This document shows positions 41,131 to 51,807 of a stretch of 64,000 nucleotides of DNA, piece after piece; position 1 is the stretch's first letter; every line of letters begins with the position of its first letter. The notes beneath the pieces are model-generated. The model had not been told where the DNA came from. It saw only the letters and a program-made list of their open reading frames with translations, and made no database searches. The position numbers and the translations under genes were made by a program. Source of the DNA: Octopus vulgaris (taxonomy: Eukaryota); NCBI GenBank assembly GCA_951406725.2, contig OX597828.1, positions 47,988,001 to 48,052,000 on the forward strand, written 5' to 3'.

Positions 41131-43297
41131 TTTTGAACCACTGATCAGCTCTGGTGTCCACTTGAAGTCTTCAGGGTTAAAAATGGACGATGTTACCGAC
41201 AACGAAAATTTACTAGATTTCTCTTTTTCACTCACTCAGGGAGTAAAGGAAAAAAAAACTGATTAGAGTCGTGATTCGAACTAATGAAACTAAACTACAT
41301 ATGCCAGATGAAAGACGAGAGTAATAGAGGTGATAAGAGAAGCAGTGTGTGTAAATAGGTATGGGTAGGTCTCGCTTTTAGGTTAAGATCGATTTCCACT
41401 CTCGCTCGAATGTTTAGCTATGTCGAAACTGATCGATTAAATCCTCTCTCTACAAAACTAGCTATCAATATCATATATATATATATAAATAAATATATAT
41501 ATATATAATATACTTATCTCGGCCGATAGATAGATCTAAGTTTGTACCTTGTCACATTCTGATGCCAGTCATTCACGGTTTTGGATATCACTCGGGGTTG
41601 GTTTATATTACCTCTCCCTCCGGGGTGCAGCAATTGTTTTCACATATATATATATTTATTTAATTTTCTTTTTGTTTTTTTCTGAGACGTTGTTGGAACT
41701 GGTGCTGGTAGTGTGTATGTGGTGCTACTATTGCGATTACTTCCTACTCATAAAGATTCACACAACGGCCAATTGTGATACGAAGACGAAGGTAATAGAA
41801 GATGTAGAAAAAATAATCGCTGTTCTCCACTAATTTCACCAAGTTCAAAATAGTTGATGTTTCTTCAAAGCTTAATAAATATAAAATATATATTTCTGTA
41901 GATATATATATTATATAATCTATATATATATATCTATCGATATTTATGTCCTCGGATAATGTGTGGCTTTTTCCTTCTTGTATTTTCTTCCGCTTTCTCT
42001 GCTCTTACTTTCTCCTAGTTCTTCCTCCTCTCTAATATCATTAATACTTCCCCCACACTGCGGTTGTGGTTAATGGTTGATTCAGCTGTTGTTTGTTGAC
42101 TGGGTGTTTGTGATGGTTAAACCTGCTCGTTGTCACAGACAACATTAAAAGCAAGCGTAGGAAGGAATAAAGCGGCTGTTTTTTGTCTCCTCTAACGCAC
42201 CACCACCGTTTAGATTTAAACAAGGAAACAACAGCTTCCACCTTTGCCTGGCAATATAAGTGACGGAGGAAGAAGCTAGCATGTATGTATATTTATGTAC
42301 ATTACATACACAGAGAGAGAGAGACAAACAGACAGAAGACAGACCGACACTAAAGTCCACTACAGAGAAGTGGAAATGTTTAGACGTTGGTCGTGGTGTG
42401 TCCGTGTTGTCGTTGGCGGCGGGGGCACCTTACGGACTACAGTGATAGTAACACGCGGTGCGGTGTAATGTGTGGTGCCGTCTATGTGTTTATATGTGAT
42501 TATATGTATATATATATGTATATAGATATATATATACACACAAAGAGAGAATGAAAAACTAAGAGAATGATAATAAAAGACTGAACTGCAGTTGATGGAG
42601 ATAAGAAGAAGGTTCTAGTGAGTGCGATCGGCAGTTTTTTTTAAAAATGGTTTCTCATTTCATCGATAGTCAACAGTGAGAAAATGGAACGTGTTCTATG
42701 TGTGTGGGTGGTAGCAGATATATAAATCCTTTAACTGTGGTTGGCACGGAGGAATTAAAACTAGCAGTGTCCACACTTGTCCCCCAATTTCAGGTGGTGA
42801 ACAATGATTTCTGGAGGCAACAAATGCACATTATTGGCAAGAATAAGACTTACGGGGAAATGTTTGTTGTGCTGTGTAGAGGGCAGCCCATAATAGCAGT
42901 AGTAAGGAAATGACGTTACAGGACGAGAGAGAAAAGAAAGACGTCGGGTTACCTGCCAACTTATTAATAACCTGACAATGTCATCACTCGCTCTATCATT
43001 ACCTCTCCTCTGCTTAATTATCTAGGACACTCGCCTTTTCTTACCTCCTCACCTAAACGTTTAGCCACTATTAAACAATAAAAACAACGCGGAAATATAG
43101 ATTTAATAATGTTTTAGTCGCCAGGTGAACGGTTAAAGTAATTAAGTGACGAAATTAATGAGATTTTAACGAAAGGAAATTAACATTTCGGTTCAGATGA
43201 AACTTGGGTTCGAGATTATACGCTAGAGAGTTCCCATCGAAATCGGAAATTGTCAGAGTTATTCATCTTAGTTACCCAGAATCCTGTCTACTTAGGT

Positions 43298-43322
43298 CTT
43301 TCTCTTCCGGTATTTAACTGAG
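43298..43322 (+). promoter_or_regulatory. RPL17: RPL17 TCT initiator / 5'TOP tract and non-coding exon 1
   Basis: tC(+1)TTTCTCTTCC matches the TCT motif/oligopyrimidine tract typical of ribosomal protein genes. It is followed 25 nt later by the donor AG|GTATGT at 43323. The exact TSS is inferred. Confidence 0.8.
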
Positions 43323-43933
43323 GTATGTCTCGTCTATTTTCACTGCCAGATTTTAATCGATCTGTTCTTTGATTAATCTATTGATAAAATTACATTTATT
43401 TTTGTATTAGCGACAATAATTATCTAATGCTTATTATTCGCGTTTAATTTTGATTAATATGCTGCAATTTACAATGATATTTTGCTCTCGGAAATGTACA
43501 CATGCTGAACGACCAACACACATAGACATCAATATCTCCATTGACTTGTGTGTTATAATCTATAGCAATAAGAGTTTTTGTTGGTTTACTGATCCACAGA
43601 GGTTGTATGTCTTTTGAGTTAACTATGAGACTGTGACAGTCGGTAGAAAATCCAACTGTTCCATGTCTCGTTTTTAGACGGATTCAATTATCCTACATAT
43701 ACCTGTATTTACCTATTTTCGTGTCTCCTGCTTTGTTGTACTGGGGAAAGTTATTGCTAACAGTACCGGCATTTTTTTTTTTAATCTTAATCTGTGTGTA
43801 TTTCATACTGTATGTAGGACTATATATTCCAGTATGTGATTTCACAGACTTGGTTGTTGTTTCTAGCAAGTCTAGCGACCACACGTGCTTTTGGTTCTTG
43901 GCTGGCGTCACACTGTCTATATTATATATATAT

Positions 43934-44112
43934 CAGTGGTTTTCAACCAGGGTTCCGTAAGAAGTTACAAAACTGCTAAAATCGGCAGTAATTTTTAATT
44001 CTCCTCTGCAGATATGTGTACAAAAGACTATTAAATCATTGCACAGGGGTTCCTCGAGCCAGTGGAATGTTTCCTTGGGGTTCCGCTCCAGCAAAAAGTT
44101 TGAAAAGCACTG
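43934..44112 (+). mobile_element. hAT-type MITE in RPL17 intron 1
   Basis: CAGTGGTTTTCAAC...TTTGAAAAGCACTG termini, inserted in (AT)n. Confidence 0.7.
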
Positions 44113-46209
44113 ATATATATATATATATATATATAGTGTGTGTGAAATACGAAATTATATAACAAGGGATACGAATTAACGTCGACTTCATTAGCTAACA
44201 ACTGTTTCTGCTATTAGATAAAGTACATTTGAACCCGAGTATTTAAGCATCCCTTGTGGCTTCATCGGAGCAGTTAATGTTTGGTTTACCAACATTGTGA
44301 CGTGGTAGAGTGGAATACGTATATAAACAAACTTTGCACAAGACAAGGGACTTAGTTATTTACCGTTTTGTAGACAGAAAACCAACACAGCTCCGAATTC
44401 CAGTATTCCACACGTGTGGTTTTACTTCGGCAGGATCTGACTACACAGTGGCTTGTACCTTGCTCCTGAGGCTGCTTTGGGATGCTGTCTGACGCCACCT
44501 ATTTCGCAGTGTACCAGGTACTTCACCTCGTGATACTGGCTGTATTGAGGGTTACCAAGTGACTTTCAAGAAATAGGTGTCCCTCGACTGAAATGATATG
44601 GCATTAAAGAGGGCGACAGCTTTATGCTGGGAGATATTGGGTTAAAGTGTGAGCGAAGGAACAGGTTTTTTGCTGTAGATAGGATACATTATTACTATTT
44701 CATTATATAAGCGTTTCTGGGGTGATGGGATTGGAGCTGGAAAAAGGGGTGAAGGCATTTGTGGAGTTCAGCATGTTTCTATGTGGCCCCTTCCGTTTTG
44801 TACCGGCGGTAAAAGTCAGAATTTGAGTGGGGGTTTCACAATGCCGATTTTTGGCAATTTTCCGGAACGTCCGTATCCGAAAATGGGGGTTTGTGGCAAA
44901 AAAAAATTTTTTAACAAATATGGGAGAAAATGAGGTGGGTGGGCGAAGTCTTTTCAGTTTCTTGTCACCAAACATCAAGTAATTCATGGCCAATTTTTTT
45001 GCAGATTCGTATTCTCAGCCGAAAAATACAAACGGTGGGGTTAGAAATGGAAGTCTTGGCATTTGTTTCAGTTTGCATTTTTTCAATTTGCTTTCCATGT
45101 AAATTAAGAATATTGTCTCTATTATAGAATAATACAGACCGTATCCAGCCATAACAGTGCCGTGTGGACAAGTATCCCTCATGATGAGGTAAATGGTCAT
45201 TGTGCTGGCATTAAACAGCAGCCAGTATGTTGGTGATTGAGAGAGTTGGGGAGAAAAGAGTATTTTTCATCAGTACTGAGGATTGTAACTTAATCCTTAA
45301 ACTGGTGTTTGGAACAATCTCATTTTGGTTCTAAGTACTTGAGAAGGAGAAAGTGCTAACAGAATCAGAGGCAGTGTCAAGTGGGGTTTGTATTAAAAGA
45401 GTTACAGAATATTCCCAATTCTAAAAAACAGGTGTTGAGTTGATGGTGGTTTGGTGTACAGATGGCCACACAATTTCTGTCTACTACGTCCATCTCGTGA
45501 GATTCCGTTTTCTTTTGAAGGCACATGGCTAGGTGGTTACAGTGTCGGACTCACAATCATAAGGTAGTGAGTTCAATTCTCATACTGGGCTGTGCTCTGT
45601 TCTTGAGCAAGACACTTTATTTCACATTGTTCCAGTTCACTCAGCTGTAGGAATGAGTTGCAACATCACTGGTGCCAAGCTGTATCGGCCTTTGGATAAC
45701 AGTGGGATTATAGGGGGAGAGGCTGATGTGCATGGGCAATTGCTGGTCTTCCATAAAATCTACCTTGCTCAGTGTTGTGCCTTGGAGGGGTAACTTTCTA
45801 GGTACAATCCCATGGTCATTCATGACCAAAGGTGGTTTTTACCCTTTGGTGCACAGAATATATTATTATTCAGATATTTTACTCCCTTCCTGCACTTGCA
45901 ATGCTTCATTGACCAAGAGGAGGTGGACACTTCAGTGAGGGGCTCATTTTCCTCAAAGGACAAGAATAGTATTGGTATGGGACCAAAGAACCAGCAGAGA
46001 GGCAGCTTCAGACTGCAACATGGTGGACCCTGCTTTGAATGCTAGACTGCTTTTGTAACTTGACAAATAAAGCAAATTTTGAGTCTGCATAGGTTAATTA
46101 CTGGTATGGGTCATTAAGTCTGCATCGTTCTCCTTCCTCTCATCCCTTGCTTAATATATATGTATTTGTCCTAATCTGTCATTGTTTTATATTTTTAGTG
46201 ACTGAAAAG

Positions 46210-46249
46210 ATGACTCGTTACTCAAGTGAACCCGAAAACCTTAGCAAGT
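46210..46249 (+). CDS. RPL17: 60S ribosomal protein L17 (uL22), coding exon 1: MTRYSSEPENLSK
   Basis: Acceptor ttttag at 46198, ATG at 46210, donor GTAAGT at 46250 (phase 1). Matches the RPL17 N-terminus (MVRYSLDPENPTK in human). Confidence 0.93.
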
Positions 46250-46285
46250 GTAAGTCTCACAATTATTCATGTTGTTTTGAATTAA

Positions 46286-46493
46286 CCCTTTCGTTACTGT
46301 ATTTATTTTGAGATGCTCTGTGTTTCTTTCAATTATTTCAAATATAACAAATAATTTAGTAAAATAACTTAGTTATCATTAAGCTAGTGTTAGGAACGTA
46401 AATTGTGACTAAGGCTTGGTGGAAGATATTAATACTAAACTTATGTAAACGACATTTTACCACAGAGCCAAAGCCGGGTTGGTAACAAAAGGG
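46286..46493 (+). mobile_element. piggyBac-type MITE family 1, nested in a family-2 MITE remnant in RPL17 intron 2
   Basis: TTAA TSDs. The flanks rejoin as ...gttttgaaTTAAtcatg..., the internal sequence of family 2. Confidence 0.85.
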
Positions 46494-46819
46494 TTAATCA
46501 TGTTTATCCCGTAACTTTGAGATTCTGATGTGGTGGTGTATTTTTACAATGACACTTTAGTGTCAGTAAGAGAGGTTGGACATAAAATGTAGAATATTTG
46601 GGTCAGATGTGGCTGGGCTAAGCAAGAAATATTACATTTGTGTGGTGAGGGGGTATTAAAGGAATTCCAATCAGTGAGCTAGTGTGGATGGGAGTATCAG
46701 AATATACTATCCAACCTTTCAAATTGATAACAGATTACAATTAGAATAATTTGAGGAATTTCTCCAACAGACTGGACCAGTAAGTTATTGGTTACATAAG
46801 CAACTTTATATGGGTGTGT

Positions 46820-46967
46820 ACTCTTTTACTTGTTTCAGTCATTTGACTGCAGCCATGCTGGAGCACCACCTTTAGTCGAGCAAATCGACCCTGGGACTTA
46901 TTCTTTTTAAGCCCAGTACTTGTTCTATTGGTCTCTTTTGCCGAACCGCTAATTGACGGGGACAAAG

Positions 46968-46998
<31 letters not shown>

Positions 46999-47153
46999 CG
47001 ACAGGCTTCTTTCAGTTTCTGTCTACCAAATCCACTCACAAGGCATTGGTTGGCCCGGGGCTATAGCAGAAGACACTTGCCCAAGATACCACGCAGTGGG
47101 GCTGAACCCGGAACCATGTGGCTGGTTAGCAAGCTACTTACCACACAGCCACT
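46820..47153 (-). mobile_element. Family-A SINE in RPL17 intron 2
   Basis: Reverse complement of family A with an internal deletion. Confidence 0.8.
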
Positions 47154-48149
47154 GTGTGTGCATATAACATACATGACATCTACATTTCGCTCACAAGTCT
47201 TTAATCTACATCATGATTGAAGATGGGTTTGTCTTGAAGTGTAGTGGTGTGAGCTCAAACCAGGGGTTGGAACTTCTCAACCACAAAGCCTTACATGGCA
47301 CTCTATAGTTGTGAAGCCTAATGTAAGGTGAATCTCCAATCATTCTGGCAGTTGTCTGCTAATGTGTTTCTTTATACAGCTAACATCACAGATATTTCAA
47401 GGCAGATCACTTGACAGTTATGTTTTTATCTGTTGATATCGTGTTTCTGTGGAAATGCATTCATTGCCTTTGCTTTAATTAATTTAGAGTAATTTTGTCA
47501 TTAAGCTGGTGCTTTGCATATGAATTAACATGGAATGTTGATAAGTTTAAAACTAAGTTTTTGGCATAAAAATTAAATATGTAATGGGTTTGATTTGGTA
47601 ATGGTTCTGTTGCTTTTGGTGGGGCAGATCATGTGTATATGTATATATGCATCGTCAGTAAACATCTGTTTCCCATACTGCCATGAGTTACAATTTGACA
47701 GCTTGAGAGTTGCACCAGGCTCCAATTGTCTGTATTGGCTTGGGTTCTACAGTTGGGTGTCCTTCCTAACGCCAACCACTACAGTATACTGGGTGCTTTT
47801 TACAAGATGCCAGCAAGGAGGTTGCTTTTTCTGTGGTGCCAAGTCTGGAGTTTCTTGATTTAGCAAGAAAAATATATCAAGTGTTTTAATGAATCCACAT
47901 GACTTAGTCAGTACAATGGGAATTCAAGGTAGGCAGTGTATGGTAATACTGTCGCGAATTTTAACGTTGCATAGTTATGTCCCTTGTATGGTAGTGTTAA
48001 AAATACAGCTATTGTGTGTTCACTTCATCTACGATGACGTTCTGACATCATGCCTTTTTTATATCGGTAAAAATTAACTATTAAGGATTTTGTATCCTTA
48101 ACCCTAAGTCTCCGATAATTTTGGCACTAATGTTTTATTCTCTTTACAG

Positions 48150-48190
48150 CTGCCAAGGCTAGAGGCTCTCTCCTACGTGTACACTTCAAG
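48150..48190 (+). CDS. RPL17: RPL17 coding exon 2: SAKARGSLLRVHFK
   Basis: tttacag| acceptor, 41 nt, |GTAAAT donor. Contains the conserved RGSxLRVHFK motif and keeps frame with the flanking exons. Confidence 0.96.
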
Positions 48191-49869
48191 GTAAATATTT
48201 TTTCTTCTTTTCTCAGATGGGGTTGTTTTTCTACCTTGTCTTGCACTGATACCATTATAATGACCTCTATAGTCTTGGTTGTCCTCATCGTCATTGTTTT
48301 AGTGTCCACTTTTCTGTGCTTGCATGAGTCAGGTGTATTGGTAGAGGCAGATTTTTCTCCAGGTAAGGTGGCGTTGTCACCTTAAGCAGGCATGTTTTCA
48401 TAGAAGATTGGAAATGGATGGCATGTAAAAGCACCATCCATTCGTGGCCGTTTGCCAGCTCCGTCTGGCACCTGTGTCGGTGGCACATAAAAAGCACCCA
48501 CTACACTCACGGAGTGGTTGGCGTTAGGAAGGGCATCCAGCCTTCTGGCTTCACAGACCCCAGTTGAACCGTCCAACCCATGCTAGCATGGAAAGTGGAC
48601 GCTAAATGATGATAATGATTCATGACAGTGGCACTCATAACTTATATCGAGGCAAGGAGACAGCAAATGCATTGACACATGCATGCACCTGGGTAATATA
48701 TGATGGGCTTCTTTCAGTTTCCATTTACCGAGTCCACTCACAAAGCTTTGGTCGGCCCAGGACTATACTAGAAGACATTTGACCAACGTGCCATATTATA
48801 AGACTGGACCCAAAACCATGTGGTTGTGAAGCAAGCTTCTTACCATACTGGCATGCCTGCACCTAGTCCCGCTAGCACGTGGGTGTGGGGTTGCTTGTTT
48901 GTGTGGCCTTGGTTTTACATTGCATGATGGTTGTTTGTAAACAAGTGTCATTGTCATACTGGTAAATGTTGTTTAAAATCGCTGCCATCCATACATACGG
49001 GCTATTCCTTTGCATGTGCTGGTGTTGCATGAACGCACCTGTGCTAGTGGCACGTAAAACAAGCGGCACATTCTGTAAAGTGGTCGGTGTTAGGAGGAGC
49101 ATGCCACAACAGACGATTGGTGTCTTGCCAGCATTGAAAATGGACATTAAACGATGTTGATGTGTCTGTAAAAAGCATGTCTAGCTATGGGGGGATATTA
49201 CCTTGTTTGGGTTGGCCGCATAAGGGGCATCCATCTGTCGAAGATCTACCGAGGTAAATTCTGTTCAACTGATGTAAGCAGGTAAAAGTGATGAAAACAA
49301 TGGTGATACATGTCAAAACAGGGTCAAATGGATATGTGCTGGTGCTCCACCCATTCAGTATGTTACTGGCCTCTCTCACAGACGTTTTATTCTATGGTGA
49401 TTCAGCATAATGTTCATAATATATTGATGAACTTGACTGGCCATGGTGCTTGTTTTGAAGGGAGCTGTCACGAATATTTCAACGTTTTGGTGTTGGTGGC
49501 AGGACTTGATCCATGGGCTTCTAAACTGATTGTCTCTACTTTTGACTCCACAGTCAGGAAATCCTTATTTCTTATACACAGACACCTAAATGTTCCTACT
49601 ATTAATAACAGGGTTTCTCCCCGTCCCTTACCATTTCCAGAAGTTATTGTGGCTGATCTAGTTTGTTGTACGAAATCATTATTTGATAAAAATACTAGTG
49701 CCGTGTATAGAACATGAACCATTTCTTTAAAACGGTACACAAGCACCAGCCTGTGTCTGTTTGACTCACTTTCTACCTGCAATGAATATGTGGGAAATTT
49801 GGGATTTCTTTTCTGTTTCCTCAAAGCAAGAACTGGACCCAACCTAACCTGTGTTTTGTGTATGGTTTT

Positions 49870-50236
49870 ACTCTTTTACACGTTTCAGTCATTTGACTGC
49901 GGCCATGCTGGAGCACCGCCTTTAGTCGAGCAAATCGACCCCGGGACTTATTCTTTGTAAGTCCAGTACTTATTCTATCGGTCTCTTTTGCCGAACCGCT
50001 AAGTGACGGGGATGTAAACACACCAGCATCGGTTGTCAAGCAATGCTAGGGGGGCAAACACATACATATATATACGACAGGCTTCTTTCAGTTTCCGTCT
50101 ACCAAATCCACTCAAGGCATTGGTCGGCCCGGGGCTATAGCAGAAGACACTTGCCCAAGATGCCACGCAGTGGGACTGAACCCGGAGCCATGTGGTTGGT
50201 TAGCAAGCTACTTACCACACAGCCACTCCTACGCCT
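49870..50236 (-). mobile_element. Family-A SINE in RPL17 intron 3; older copies at about 317, 1645, 4535, 15250, 25300, 34410, 37220, 52185 and 61510
   Basis: Reverse complement of family A, ending in ...CCACTCCTACGCC. Confidence 0.85.
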
Positions 50237-51672
50237 ATCTTAGTCTTGGTCATTTGAAATTAATTACACAATCCTTATGTAATTGATTTCAGGTTGTTAA
50301 CCCATTTCTGTAATAGTAATTGTTAGAGAAATGTTTTAAGTCTGTTCGTCATCATCATTTAAAGTTCATTTCCTATGCTGGCATGGGTTGGATGGTTTGA
50401 CAGGAGCTGTTCAGGCTCTATTTCTGTTTCCGTTTGGTTTCTAATGCCTGGATGCCTTTCCTAACACCGATAGAATAATGCAAGACAGTAATTCTTGTAT
50501 TCGCTCAAATAAAGCAGTCTCTGATTCTTGTTAAATTTCTTCCGACCACTTGATGCATTGTAAATTTAGCCTATCAGAAGCCAAATACAAGTGGTTTGAA
50601 GAAATTTTACAAGCTTTCTTTGCTGCTACAATTATTGTATGGTTTAAGATTTTTATCAAGAAAGATTCCATGACGGACAATACTTATCTATTACAATCTC
50701 TGCATGCGTTTTTATGCACCAGATGCCTAATTACTGGATTTTATCAAACCTGCTGGCTATTTGCAACATCAGCGTCTGGAAATATGCTGGTGTTCTATAT
50801 ATCGTAACAACTAGACTTTACTGGCATTTGGTGATGGGGTGCCTACCATTGGTGGTTTCCATTGGAATGAAATCATGTAATATGAGAGTTCTGGCACCCA
50901 TGACAGATGTCTGCTATGATCTATATCTGTCGTTATGCACCAAGCTCTGATGTGAAAAGATCTCTCAATGCAGTATTCATTGTTCTGACAAGAAATCTAT
51001 GTTAATTTGGATATAAAGACAACCTTTTATTATTAATCTGCTTCTATCATTAATAAATTAGTGTTTTAGTTCTCATATATATACATACTTGCAGCTAAGC
51101 CCAGTTTCACCTGGTCAGTTTGGATGATGTGGCTGTAAAACCTGTTCTGTGTAAGCATTCAACTTATTTGGACATGCTTACGTTAAAGAAATTTTTAGAA
51201 TTGCTTTTTTTATGTCAAAACGCTAAAAATAACTGACCAACAAAAATAGAACAACCAAGATTCAACCAATCAAAAAATAAACTCAAATACTAAGTGAACA
51301 AAGTAAACCATCCCACTTCCATTGTGCGTACACACCTATTCACCTACCCCCGTCCCCATATATTCACACAGAGTTGAAACACTGATTTGTTTTTCCAGCG
51401 TACAATTTTCATCACCCCTTCCTTTCTCATTTATAAACACGAGTATTATTATAGTAGATTATCTCAGTAACCATAGGAGCTATGCAAAAAATACAAAGCC
51501 CAGCATCACCACTGGATCATTCTACACATCTGTGATTTTTCGCACAGTTCCACCCAGCCATATGACCGTGAATCCCAAGATGAAGAATCGCCCATGTCAA
51601 ATTTATATGTATAAGATATGTATATACAGCCATGGTGTCCTTGATGACCTTGTTTTGTTTTTATTTTTCTAG

Positions 51673-51807
51673 AACACTCGTGAGACGGCTCAAGCTATTA
51701 AAAGGATGCATTTGAAGCGTGCCACCCGATATCTCAAAAATGTTATGGAGAAAAAAGAAATTGTCCCATTCCGGAGATTTTGTGGTGGAGTCGGCCGTCA
51801 TGCTCAG
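51673..51807 (+). CDS. RPL17: RPL17 coding exon 3: [45 protein letters not shown]
   Basis: tttctag| ... |GTAAGT, 135 nt. Contains the hallmark [10 protein letters not shown] and VPFRRxxGGVGR motifs. Confidence 0.97.

Noticed and set aside
48098-48107. TTAACCCTAA resembling a telomerase RNA template
   Set aside because: It is an isolated 10-mer near a branch point, with no pseudoknot or H/ACA domain evident.
49310-49842. Overlapping 135-aa (+) and 124-aa (-) ORFs in RPL17 intron 3
   Set aside because: No recognisable domain. The region is better explained as non-coding and possibly structured.
50933-50950. ATGCACCA...CTGA resembling the SNORD32/33 guide for 18S rRNA
   Set aside because: Complementarity breaks in the bases next to the D-like box, and there is no proper box C.
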